From NCBI RefSeq assembly GCF_009914755.1, contig NC_060934.1: 64,000 nucleotides of DNA. The stretch is one strand, 5' to 3'. Shown here one piece after another: positions 20,357-33,500 of this stretch. Position 1 is the first letter of the stretch, and each line of letters opens with the position of its first letter. The DNA comes from the human T2T-CHM13v2.0 reference genome, Homo sapiens. The notes beneath the pieces are model-generated. The model searched no databases, was not told where the DNA came from, and worked only from the letters and a program-made list of their open reading frames with translations. The position numbers and the translations under genes are program-made.

Positions 20357-21164
20357 CTTTGTGGTTTTATCTAACTTTGGTCTTTGATGATGGTGACATA
20401 CAGATGGGGTTTTGGTGTGGATGTCCTTTGTGTTTGTTTTCCTTCTAACAGTCAAGACCCTCACCTGCAGGTCTGTTGGAGTTTGCTGGAGGTCCACTCT
20501 GACCCTGTTTGCCTGGTTATCAGCAGCGGAGGCTGCAGAAGAGCGAATATTGCTGAACAGCAAATGTTGCTGCCTGATTGTTCCTCTGGAAGCTTCATCT
20601 CAGAGGGGTACCCAGCTGTGTGAGGTGTCAGTCTGCCCCTACTGGGGGGTGCCTCCCAGTAAGGCTACTCGGTGGTCAGGGACCCTCTTGAGAAGGCATC
20701 CTGTCTGTTCTCAGATCTCAAACTCCGTGCTGGGAGAACCACTACTCTTTTCAAAGGTGTCAGACAGTGACATTTAAGTCTGCAGAGGTTTCTGCTGCCT
20801 TTTGTTTGGCTATGCCCTGCCCCCAGAGGTGGAGCCTACAGAGGCAGGCAGGCCTCCTTGAGCTGTGGTGGGCTCCACCGAGTTTGAGCTTCCCGGCTGC
20901 TTTGTTTACCTACTCAAGCCTCAGCAATTGCAGGCGCCCCACCCCAGCCTCACTGCCGCCTTGCAGTTCAATCTCAGACTGCTGTGCAAGCAATGAGCGA
21001 GGCTCCATGTGTGTGGGATCCTCCGAGCCAGGCAAAGGATATAATCTCCTGGTGTGCTGTTTGCTCAGTTGGAAATGCAGAAATCACCCATCTTCTGCAT
21101 CGCTCATGCTGGGAGCTGTAGACTGCAGCTCTTCCTATTCAGCCATCTTGGAACCACCCCAACC

Positions 21165-22478
21165 ACCATCTGATCTTTGACAAACCCGACAAAAACAATA
21201 AATGGAGAAAAGATCTCCTATTCAGTAAGTGGTGCTGAGAAAACTTGCTAGCTATATTCAGAAAACTGAAACTGGACCCCTTCCTTACACCTCATACCAA
21301 AATTAACTCAAGATGGATTAAAGACTTAAATGTAAAATCCAAAAATCATAAAAACCCTGGAAGAAAACCTAGGCAATACTATTCAGGACATAAGCATCGG
21401 CAAAGGCTTCATGATGAAAACACCAAAAACAATGGCAACAAAAGCCAAAATTGACAAATGGGATCTAATTAAACTAAAGAGCTTCTGCACAGCAAAGGAA
21501 ACTGTCATCAGAGTGAAGAGGCAACCTGCAGAATGGGAGAAAATTTTTGCAATCTACCTGTCTGGCAAAGGCCTAATATCCAAAATCTACAAGGAACTTA
21601 AATAAATTTACCAGGAAAAAATCAAACAACCCCATCAAAAAGTGGGCAAAGGATATGAACAGACACTTCTCAAAAGACTTTTATGCAGCCAACAAACGTA
21701 TGTAAAAAACCTCAACATCACTGTTCATTAAAGAAATTCAAATCAAAACCACAATGAGATACCATCTCACACCAGTCAGAAAGGTGATTAGTAAAAAGTC
21801 AAAAAGCAATAGATGCTGGCGAGGCTGTGGAGAAACAGGAACACTTTTACATGGTTGGTGAAAATGTAAATTAGTTCAACCCTTGTGGAAGACAGTGTCG
21901 TGATTTCTCAAGGATCTAGAACCAGAAATACCATTTGACCCCGCAATCCCATTACTGGGTATATACCCAAAGGATTATAAATCATTCTACTATAAAGACA
22001 CATGCACATGTATGTTTATTGCAGCACTATTTACAACAGGAAAGACATGGAACCAATCCAAACGTCCATCAATGATAGACTGGAAAAAGAAACTGTGGTA
22101 CAAATACACCATGGAATACTATGTAGCCATAAAAAGAATGAGATTATGTCCTTTGCAGGGACGTGGATGAAACTGAAAGCCACCATCCTCAGCAAACTAA
22201 CACAGGAACAGAAAACCAAACACTGTATGCTGTCACTCAAGTGGGAGTTGAACAATAAGAACACATGAACACAGGGAGGGGAACAACACACACTGGGGCC
22301 AGTCTGGGAGTGGGGGGCGAGAGGAGGGAGAGCATTAGGATGAATACCTAATGCACATGAAACTTAAAACTTAGATGACGGGTTGAGAGGTGCAGCAAAC
22401 CAACATGACATACGTATACCTGTGTGAGAAATCTACATATTCTGCACTTGTATCCCAGAACTTAAAGTTAAAAAAAAA
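21165..22478 (+). mobile_element. L1PA8-like host element, right piece (ORF2 3' end, 3'UTR, A-tail)
   Basis: Resumes accatctgatctttgacaaacc; 3'UTR aatacctaatgca...cttaaaacttagatgacgggttg...tatcccagaacttaaag is PA8-like. Confidence 0.9.
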
Positions 22479-22745
22479 TGTACAGGTTAAAACACAGAGG
22501 ACTACAGTGAAAATCATTATAGTTTATATAGTTATCAGAATATTTTTCTAAGTGAATTTGTGCCATAGTGATAAGTGTGCTTAATTGATGCCTTGAATAA
22601 CAAGACCTAATAGTAGGTCTAATAAGTTCTGTAATTTTCAAGTAGTAATGAGCATAAACATTATTCTGAGATACGTACAACAAGGTAATGTGATTTCAGT
22701 ATACCAATACTTCCCATTGGTGACAATGTCAAAAAAAAAAAAAAA
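22479..22745 (+). other. 3' transduction of the host L1, followed by a second poly(A)
   Basis: ~250 nt of non-L1 sequence, then A15 (22731-22745), then TSD agaaatttcagctctga (22745-22761) matching 13440-13456 at 16/17. Confidence 0.85.
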
Positions 22746-23419
22746 GAAATTTCAGCTCTGACATTTTCTTCTTGTTTGCTTGGTATCTCGAAAGCACAGG
22801 GTTTTTCTTCATGTAAGCATTAGTTCGTTAAAAACCAGATAATTTAATTTGTAATTCTACTTGCCAGGAAATATTGTGAAAGACTTTGAAATAGGCAAGA
22901 AAAGATTATTGAGTGTCTTGCCTATGCAACATTTTATTACCATCGCACTATTTTACAACTCTGTGAGTCATAAAAAGTTGGTAAGGATGAAAGTCTCCAT
23001 TTCATAGAAATGCAAATGATTATGTACAGTAAAATGTAATTGATTATTGCCCTGTGGACAAGGGCTTCATCTATTGTTCATTTGTTTCATCAAATTATGC
23101 TGATGGTTTATATGTGTGTGTTTTTTGTATTCTCCTTTGAATTAGTTCTATCATCTCACTTATGGTCCTCATTAAATTATAAGTTAAATAAAAGCTTTGA
23201 CATGTGGTTGTTGTTTATTTTTATGAAAGTAATGAGTTTATCCTTTAAAAAACACCCAAAACACCCTGAATGAAGTGCACACAAGGTCAATGCAAGACAA
23301 TTGCTTGGAGGATGTGAGCAGATGAGAGCACTGTGGTTATGCTCTCTGCATTGTGGAGCTCCTCCCAGTCTTTCCCCAGCAGGCCCTGTACATGGCACAC
23401 ATGGCACCTGACACATGCC

Positions 23420-23515
23420 TACCATAATGTGGGTGGGCCTCATCTGATCGGCTGAAGACCTGAGAAGAACAAAAAGCGTTTCCAAGCAAGAAGGGATTCT
23501 CCAGCTGATGGCCTA
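23420..23515 (+). mobile_element. MLT2 LTR fragment
   Basis: ataatgtgggtgggcctcatctgatcggctgaagacctgagaagaacaaaaag. Confidence 0.6.
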
Positions 23516-24549
23516 ACAGGCTGAGAGGGCTGCCATGTCAATTTATTAAACATTAGTGAACTTTTATTTCTTTCTTAAAAAAAGAAAAGGCATAGTTTTA
23601 TTTTCCTTGGTGGAGAATCTTGTGTACTCTCCCTTGGAGATGACTTCACTAGAACAGGGGTCCAAGGAACCTTTTACATTAGCTTTTATTTAAAAATCTG
23701 CAGAGTAAATATTTTTAGAGGACACATCACTAGCCGGCCCTAAAGCTGTACTTGATTTGAAGAGTACATGGCCTGTAGGTCAAGGTACTGATGAAGGCTT
23801 CAGAGATATAAGACAGTAAAGCATGAAGGTAAGGAAGAATCTACCATAAGAGTTTGGGTATTTAGAGTTCCACTGTTACCAGAGGTCATGGTGAAAAGTC
23901 TATAAAGCCTTCAAGTTTGGGTTGCAGTGATTTTATGTTGTGGTTTGACATTCATGCCATAATTTATAAACACTCACACAAGATATTTGTGTGACAGTTA
24001 TGACTAGTGATAACATAAAAAGTAGCCGAGTGCATTTCTATATTTAGAATACCCAAGCCCTGCAGACTTCTCTATGTCCAAAAAAATCCCTAAATAATAG
24101 CATATCTTTGAAAAGCCAAGAAACCCCAGCGAATCTCTCAACTGACCAAACAAAGCCAGAGGAGGGGTGGGTGGGGTGGGGAAATGGGCATTGGTGGTAG
24201 AAAAAAACAATAATGAAACTACCAGGAAAATTCAAAGTAGAAACGAAAATTCACTCTTCAAGGTAACTGAGGGCGGAGTTTTGGTCTTTGAGAGATGATA
24301 AAGACTTTTTTCTTCCTGTTCCTTCTTGCTAAGCACCACTATAAACCCTGGACATGGCCGAAGAGACAAGCTGATGAGGACTCTGAAAGATAGTGGATAG
24401 AAGGCCCCGAGCTGTGTGGGCCTAGGCCTGGAGGCAGCACTGCACAGGGCACCCTGCAACCCTCACTGAACACTAGAAGGCCACCCAGATGCCATGTTCC
24501 CAGACGCACAGAAGGATCTTTCTTAGATCCAATGGAAGTCCCTCCAGCA

Positions 24550-24882
24550 CAGTGGTCCCCAACCTTCTTTGCACCAGGGACCAGTTTCATGGAAGACAAT
24601 TTTTCCATGGACTGTGGAGGTGGGAAATGGTTTTGGGATGAAACTGTTCTACTTCAGATCATCAGGCATCAGATTTTCATAAGAAGCATACAACTTACAT
24701 CCCTCACATGCACAGTTCACAATAGGGTTTGCTCTCCTGAGAATCTGATGCTGTCACTGATCTGACAGGAGGCAGAGGTCAGGTGGTAATGCTCACTTGC
24801 CCACCGCTCACCTCCTGCTGTGCAACCTGGTTCCTAATAGGCCACGGAGGACCAGTACTGGTCCATGGCCTGGGGACCCCTG
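24550..24882 (+). mobile_element. MER1B-like hAT-Charlie MITE
   Basis: Terminal inverted repeats cagtggtcccca...tggggacccctg; internal gtttcatggaagacaatttttccatgg. Confidence 0.85.
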
Positions 24883-24954
24883 CTCTACTGGACAGCTGAA
24901 TCTGTGCCCACCCTTTGAGTAACCAAAGTGTAGGTGCCAGTCCTGTAAGCAAAG

Positions 24955-25125
24955 ATACCTTCAGAATTTTTTAGCCCCAGCCATTCAAGTCTCCCTAGCT
25001 GAGGCCCTATCTGCTGTGCCTTTTCTGAATTCCTGATCTGCATCTCCTGGGAACACTTAAAATGCTGTATATTTTATGCTACTAAGCTGTGATGGGTTTG
25101 TTATATAGTAATAGGTAATCAAAAT
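24955..25125 (+). mobile_element. MLT1 (ERVL-MaLR) LTR 3' part
   Basis: cccagccattcaagtctccctagctgaggcc...ttttatgctactaagctgtgatgggtttgttatatagtaataggtaa. Confidence 0.6.
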
Positions 25126-25559
25126 CTTTCACAGTGCTATGAGGCAGGTACTACTATTATCCCTAACTTATGCATAAGGAAATCAAGGCTTTTAATGGTT
25201 GATTATATGCAGAAATAATAATGACTAAAGATATTTTTTGAGCCCTTCTATGTGTCAAGGACATTATGTGGATGATCTCATTTAAGTACCATGAAGCTCT
25301 GTGAAGTAAGCAATTTAAAAAAAAATGTTTAATTTGTGTGGGTACATAGTAGGTTTATATATTTATGGGGTATAGGAGAGGTGGTCACTCACCTCCTGCT
25401 GTGTGGCCTGGGAACTGGGGACCCCTGCTCTAGTAATATCAGGCAAATATGATGCTGCTGATGAGGAAGATTGACCTGGATCCCTGAATAAATTAGCAGC
25501 CAGGGAGGCCCTCTCCTTTCCTGTCAGGCCCGAGGCTCCCTTCACCAGAGGCCCTGAGG

Positions 25560-28500
25560 CTGCTGGAGGGCAAAACTGTTGAGAGAGTCCTGGCTACACC
25601 AGGCAGCTTGCTCAACAAGCCCCTTTATCCCTGTAGGAGGAGACCCCTTCCCCACCCGGAGACATGGACTTGACAGATTACACTGGAGAAAGGTACCCAG
25701 GCACAGCAGATCTCTGGTTCAGAAAACCTTCTTATCTCTGAGAACCTGAGAGTGTCAGCCTCCTGCACCCAGAGACAGCAAGGGACCCTGGCATAGTAAG
25801 CTGCCTGGCCCAGGAAGCCCCTCTGTTCTGCAGGCCTGAGACTATCTTCTCCCTGCCAGAAATAGCTGTGGAAGCAACAACAGAGGGATCCTACCACACT
25901 CTGCCTCCCAAAAGACCCCCAGGGGCTGGCGTGGGGAAACCCCTCCCACCTTCTCAGGCAGTATCTATAGGGAACAGCAAGATCCTGGGGGGGCTCCAGA
26001 TAACCAAGCAGACCAAAACAGCACTCATAGGCTCTGAAAACTAAACTTCCACTGGAACTGCAGCTAATGAAAATAGGCTAGAACCTAGGTGTTAATCTAA
26101 ACAAGGTGACTGCCTGCTTAAAAAAAAAAAATTTAAATAGGACCCAGAGTCTCCTGACAGACCCAATTCCAGAATACAATAAAAATATCACCCATAACAC
26201 CAAGAGCCAAGAAAACGACAACTTGAATGAGAAAAGAAAAGACATCTGATACCAAGATGAACCAGATGTTGGAATTCTCTGACAAAAATTTTAAAGCAGT
26301 GAACACAAGAATGCTTCAATCATCAATGACAAATTCTCTTGAAACAAATGAAACAGTATGAAATTTCAACAAAAATAGATATTATTAAGAACCAAATGGA
26401 AATTATATAATTAAAAAGTATGATAAAACATGTAGAACTTGGTGCTGAATAGGCTCGATAGTAGAGTGGAGATGACAGAGTACAGAATCAATGAATTTGA
26501 GGACAGGACAATAGAATTTACCCAATCTGAATAACAGAGAAATACTAGGCTTATAGAAAATGAACAGAGCCTCAGGGACCTGTGGGACAATAATAAAAGG
26601 TCCAGCATTTGTATAATTGGAGTGCAAGAAGGAAAGAGAGTGGGCCTGAAAGGCTACTTGGAGAAATAATGGCCAAAAAACTTGCCAACTTTGGTGAAAG
26701 ATATAATGTTACAGGTCCAAGAAGCTGTGCAAACCTGAAACAGGATAAGCATCATAATTAAACTTTGAAAAACTAAACATAAAGAAAAATCTCTTGAAAG
26801 TAGCCAAAGAAAAGCAACACATTACACATAGGGAAACACCAATTCAAATGACAGAATTCAGAAGGAAGTGCCCAATATTTTCCAAGTTCTTAAAGAAAAG
26901 AAACGTCAACCATAATAAGTTCTATATTAGCAAAACTATCCTTCAGGAATAAAAAGGAAATAAAAACACTCTTAGATGAAGAAAAACTAAAAGAAACTTA
27001 TTAGTAGATCTATCTATAAAGACTAGCTAAAAGTTCCTCAAACAGAAAGAAATTGATAAAAGAAGGAATCTTGGACCCTCAGGAAGGAAGAAAAAATAGC
27101 AGAAATGGCAGAAATGTGCACACATACAATAGACTATCTTTTTCATGTGAGAATTATAAATTATATTTGATAATTAAAGCAAAAAGTATAAGTCACCATC
27201 TGCTACCCAAAATACAGTGGGAGAATGAAGGAAACTAAATGGAAGTGAGGATTCCACATGTTATTCAAAGTGGTAAGATGATAATATCAGTATATATAAC
27301 AGTTATAAGTCACATACTTATCTTGTAATTCCCAGAGAAATCACTGCAAAAATTATAGCAAAGACACACTGGAAATCACTGGAAATAACTCAAGATGGAA
27401 ACCCTAAAAAATGTTCAACTAACCCACAGAAGGCAAGAAAAAGGAAACAAGTAGCTGAGGAAACAAATAGAAAACAAAAATAAAATGGCACACTTAAATA
27501 TTAAATATTAATAACATCTTAAATATAAATGGTCTAATTCATAATCAAAAGTCAGAGTTTGCCAGAGTGGAGCAAAAATGTCATTCAACTACACTACTTA
27601 ATAGAAACTCACTTAAAATTCCATGACATGAGTAGGTTGAAAATAACGGGATAAAAAATATATCATGGAAATATTAATTTTTTAAAAAACAGAAGTAGCT
27701 ATATTAATATCTGATATTAACATAACCACTTATAGCCTTCAGAGAAAAAAAATTACTAAAGGCAGAGACATCACATAATGAGAAATGATTAATCTATCAG
27801 GGAGACCTGACAATCCTAAGTATGCATGTGTTGAACAACAAAGTCCCAAAATATATGAAACAAAAACTGACAGAGCTTAAAGGGGAAATAAGCACATTCA
27901 CATTTATAGTCAAGTACTTTAATATCTCCCTCTCAGCAAGACAGAAAATCAGTCAGTGTAGGGAAGAGCTGAACAACTCAATCGACAGGACCCAACTGAC
28001 ACACACAGAACACTCCACCCAACAGTAGCAGCATACACAAGTTTTCAAGGGCCTATGAAATAGTTACCAAGGTATATCATATCCTGACCCACAAAACAAA
28101 CCTCAACAAATTTAAAAGAAAGAAAATCAGAGAGTGTGTTGTCTGATGATAATGAAATCAAACTAGAAATAAATATCAGAAAGACAATAGGAAAATCTCT
28201 AAACATAAAAATTAAATAACACATTCCTAAATAATCACATAGGTTAAAGAAGTCTCAAAGAGAATAAAAATACACGCAACCAAATAAAAATGAAAACACA
28301 ACATAGTAAACTATGTGGGATACAGCCAAAGCATTGCTGAGAGTGAAGTTTATAGCACTAAAATGTTCATATTAGAAATGAAGAAAATCTCATACCTAAG
28401 TTCCCATCTCAAGAAAATAGATAAAGAAGAAAAAAATCAGTCCAAAGCAAGTAAAAATAAAGAAATAATAAAAATCAAAGCAGAACTCAATGAAATTTAA

Positions 28501-28910
28501 ATTTAAAAAATAGAGAATATCAATGAAATAAAAAGGTAGTTCTTTAAAGAAATTAATAAAGTAAATAGACCCCCAGCAGTATTGACAAAAATAAAAAGAG
28601 AGAAGACACAAATCACCAATATCAGGAAAAAACTGGGAATATTTCTATATCCTTCAATTGCCGGAAAGACAGTAAAGTAATACTACAAATAATTTTACAC
28701 TTATATATATGATAACTTTCAAGAAATAAACAAAATTTTCAAAAACCACTAACTACCAAAACATGTAAAAAGTTTTTAGGATCCTTTTTATAATTCTACA
28801 CCTTGACCAAGTTGGATATGCCCAAGAATGTTTAACATTAACAAAATCAACCAATGTAATTCATCATATCAATAAGTTAAAGAAGAAAAGTTATATGACC
28901 ACATCAAATG
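25560..28910 (+). mobile_element. Old L1M (MC/MD-like): 5'UTR, ORF1 and ORF2 start
   Basis: Degenerate ORF1 (cagagcctcagggacctgtgggac, ataattggagt, aaaactatccttcagg) and ORF2 endonuclease-like sequence. Confidence 0.75.
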
Positions 28911-29010
28911 ATGGAGATAATAATAGTATGTGCCTCATTAGATAATTTTGAAAATCAAATAAGATTATGAATGTGCCTAGCACATAGTGAGGGCTTAATA
29001 AATATATGTT
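28911..29010 (+). mobile_element. MIR 3' part
   Basis: atggagataataatagtatgtgcctca...gtgcctagcacatagtgagggcttaataaat. Confidence 0.7.
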
Positions 29011-29689
29011 AGGTAATTTTATTTACCCTCTAGTACAACTCTGATATGGGCCTGATTGTGTTCTCCAGTGAGAGGGAGGCTTGAGTAAGAAGATACGTCA
29101 AAGAGATGTGTTCACGCAGAAATCTCTGAGAGGGGAAAAGTAAAGCCACCATGAAACTCCCAACTCTCACCAGTTTCTTGGGGCGTCCAGAGGGCATACA
29201 GTCCAGTTTGCCCCTCTGGCCCATCTGCAGCATATCAGTAAGATGCACAGTGATAGTATCCAGCATGAAAAAAAATGAGAGCTTCACCATAGCAGAGGAA
29301 GTTCATGAAGATTCAGAAGCAATAAAAACAGTAATCTTGGCAGAGTCATTTAACACCATCCATCTTCTTAGGAACAAAATTTGTATTGATAGTTGTAAGG
29401 AAGGTTTTGGGGCCTTGAAGAAAGACCTCACCAGAGAAAGCTGCAACAGTTCAAAAGAGTAAAAATACCAAGCACTATGTTGGCACCCAAGGGATGTGCT
29501 AAAGCCATATTTCAGACACCCAGACACCCACAGAGATGTTTAGGAATGGGTTCAGGGGATTTGCAGCTGGAGATAGGAACCAGACACAAAGAGAAATTAT
29601 TTGTTTTTATAAATGCAGACCCAATTTTACACCAGGCTGAACTGGCCTGAAGAACTGCAGGTGACACTTGGATTTGGTAATGCAGAACT

Positions 29690-30379
29690 GTGTAGAAAAA
29701 GCAAACTGTTTTTCTCTGCTTTCACACAACAACAAGCAACACAGAAGACTTCTGTGGTCAATGTCAAGGGATTTCTCTCCACCAACAAGCAAGCAATCAG
29801 TTCTGCTGTGGATACCCACTGGGACCTATTCAATTCAGTTCTGACACTTGAGATATCTACTAATATCTACCTGGAGATAGTGTCAGATCCCACAGATTGA
29901 AGGCTTAGTCCCACAAGACTGCCCCCACTGCAGCTGCCAGTCAGAAGTCTGGGCCTCTGGAACTTTTGATGGAACCAGTTCAAGTTAGGTTTCCTACTAC
30001 TCCCTCTTTAGGTTCAATTAATTTGCTAGACCAACTCACAAAACACAGCAAAACTCATTTAACAATTCATTATAAAAGATATTTTAAAGGATTCAAATAA
30101 GCACCCAGATGAAGGGATACACAGGACAGAGAGAGATTCTGTTTTCTGAGGCTGCTTCTGAGGCCTGAAGTGCCCCAACAATATAACAAAAGACTGTCTT
30201 TGGCCTTTATCACTCTGAAGCTGTTCCAAAGCTGCTTCAGTAAACAAGGACAAAAGGCCAAATGCTTTAACAAGAGATAGAGAGATACACTTATTGTTCT
30301 AGTCACTTGGGAAAAAACAAGGGCTATGTGAGTTATGAACCAGAAATTGTGGAAGAATATATATGTCTAAATAATCACA
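29690..30379 (-). mobile_element. MER21-like LTR
   Basis: tatctacctggagatagtgtcagatcccacag...agtcccacaagactgccccc; ends atatatatgtctaaataatcaca. Confidence 0.75.
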
Positions 30380-30539
30380 GGAACTAACCTGTTTCTTTTC
30401 CACTTTTCTGGTCACTTCTGTTTCTGTGAGCTTCTCTTCTTACAGGCCTTCTTCATTACCCTTTTCTTCATATACACTTTCCACCAGGGCAACTGAATCG
30501 CCTTCTTCATTTCATTGTGAGACTTTCTTTCGCTATCAA

Positions 30540-33500
30540 AATCAACTGATTTTTGTATTCCGATCTCAAATCCTGTAACTGCTGAATTTGTCTATCAATT
30601 CTAATAGTTTTTGTGTGGAATTCTTCATATGTTATGTTTACAAGATCATGCCATCTGCAAATGTAGATATTTTCACTTCTTCCTTTCCAATCTGGATGTA
30701 TTTTCTTTCATTTTTCCTAATTGCCATGGCTGGAACCTCCAGTACAATGTTATAGAAGTGAGAAAAAATATCTTAGTCCTACTTCTGATCTTAGATAAAA
30801 TTGTCTAGTCTTTCACCATTAAGTATGATTTTAGCTGTGGGTTTTGCCTCGACACCCTTTATCAGAAAGAGGAACTACCCTTCTTTTCCCAATTTGGTGT
30901 TTTGTTTTATCACGAAAGGGGCTTTAATTTTGTCAAATGCTTTTTCTTTGTCTATTGACATAAATTATTTGGTTTTGTCCTTTATTCTAGTAATATGCAT
31001 TACATTGATATGATATTTATTTCTTATGTTAAACATATGAAATAGACCTTGCATTTTATGGATAAGTCCCACTTGATTATGGTGTACAATTCCTTTTATA
31101 TGTTGCTGGATTTGGCTAGCCGGTATTTTGTTAAGGATTGTTGTGCCTATATTCATAGGATATATTGGTCTATAGTTTTCTTTTCTTTTGATATCTCTGT
31201 CTGATTCTGGTATCAAGGTAATATTGGCCTCACAGAGTGAGCTGGAAAGCCTATGCTCGTCTTAGATATTTTGGAAGAGTTTATGAAGGATTGTTATTAA
31301 TTCTTCTTTAGATATTTCATAAAAACTCCCCAGTGAAGACTTTTCTTGGGGGAAAACTGATTAATTACTAATTCCTTCTCTTTACATGTTAAAGAACTAT
31401 TCGGATACTCTATTTCTTCTTGAGTTATTTTCAGTAGTGTGTATCTTGCTAGGATTTATTATTTTATCAAGATTATCTAATTTGTTGGCATAGAATTGTC
31501 ACAGTTTAATATTTATAATATATATATTTTATTTCTGTAATGCTGACGGTGATATTCTCTCTTTCATTTCCGATATCAGTAATTTAAGTCTTTTATCTTT
31601 TGGTCAATATAACTGAGGTTTTCTCAATTGAATAGATTTTTTTCAGAGAATCAACTTGATTTCATTGATTTTTCTCTAATGATTTTCTATTCTCTTATTT
31701 ATTTTCATTCTAACATTTATTATTTTCTTTCTTCTTCTGCTTTTTTGGATTCAGTTTATTCTTCTAGTTTTTTTAAGGTGGAAGATCAGGTAACTGATTT
31801 GAGATTTCTAAGATTTGCTCCAGCTACATTGCATCAGTTTTGGTGTATTGTGTTTTTACTTTCATTTATCTCAACATATTTTCTAATTTCCATTGATTCC
31901 TTCTTTGATTCATTGGTTATTTAGAAAGGTGGCATTTAATTACTACATTATTGTGAATTTGCAAAATTTCCTTCTGTTATTGATTTCTAATTTTATTTCA
32001 CTGTGATTGTATAATGTCATCCTTTAGCAATTATTCAGGCTTTTTATGGCCTAACATATGGTCTATCTTGAAGAATGTTCTTGTGCTTTTGAGAAGAATG
32101 TATATTCTGCTGTTCTTGGGTGGAGTACTATGTAGATGTCTGTTATATCTAGTTGGTTTACAGTGTCATTGAGGTCTTCTATTTCTTTGTTGATCCGTTT
32201 TTTGTATCCATTATTGAAAGTGGGGTGTCAATTTTTCTAACTATTATTGTTGATTTATCTATTTCTCCTTTCAGTCCTTTTAATTTTTGCTTCATGTATC
32301 TGGGGATTCTATTGTTAGGTGAATGTATGTTTATAATTTTTATATCTTTTTGATGGATTGACACTTTTATGATTATAAAATGTCCTTGTCTTTAGCAACA
32401 CTTTTTGTCTTAAAGCTTATTTTATCTGTTACCAGTGTAGCCACTTTAGCACTCTTTTGCTTATTGTTTGCATAGCATTACATTTTCCATACTTTGATTT
32501 TCAATCTTCTTGTTTTTGAACCTAAAGTACGCCTCTTCTAAATGGCATACAGTTGGCTTATGTGTTTTTTTTTAAATCTATTTTATCAATCTCTGTTTTT
32601 AATTGATATGTTCAAACCATTTATGTTTACATAATTACTGATAACTTAGGATTTTACTACTTGTGTTTTATGTCTTTTTTGTTTTTTTTTGTTTCTCTGT
32701 TCCTCTATTATTACCTTCTTTTATGTTAAGTAAACATTTCTCTCTGATGTCATTTTAAGTCTCTTGTATTTTATTTTACTATATTTCATTGAGTTATTTT
32801 CTCAAAATAGGTCAGATTAAAATTAATATGCTAACTTAAAACAATGCAGTTCGAGTTTGGGAAGATGAAATAGTTCTAGAGGTGGACGGTGGTAATAGTT
32901 GCACAATAATGCAAATATACTTAATGCCACAGAACTTAACTAATTTTAACTAATGTGATATGGCAACTCTGCAAATCAGATCGCACCCCCTCCCTTTGAG
33001 TTTGTTGTTGCCTTTTGCTATTGTTGATGTTGTTTTCCTGTTTAGCGATTTTTCTGTAAAGTATGTATTCCATGTGTGGAGACTGAAATCTCTACTCAGT
33101 TTACATAGTGGTAAACTGAAACTAAATATTGGATGTAGATTTCCTTAAATGCCTTGAATCAATTAAATCTCCCACCTTTTGCCAAAGTATGTTGAGGAAT
33201 GCCTTCAAAGTTCCAGCAGTTACTGACTCTCCCTTAGCCTTCACTTTGTGATCACACAGCACCACAAGGTCAGCCAGAGGTAAGAGCTTAGGTCCCTTTC
33301 TGGTCTTTCCTGAGCATGCTGATAGCCATGTCCGTGTGCATGACCTTCTAGACTTCCAGAAATATGTCAGAGCTCTTCAAAACTACTTATGGAAATCTCA
33401 TTTGCCAGATTTTCTTTAAAATTTTTTTTAAAACATGTTTCCCTTATTATTTTAAAAACATGTGTTTACCTTATCATTTTTTACTTCAGGCAGCTTGAGT

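Noticed and set aside
29030-29530. Overlapping ORFs as a processed pseudogene
   Set aside because: No recognisable protein, poly(A) tail or TSD.
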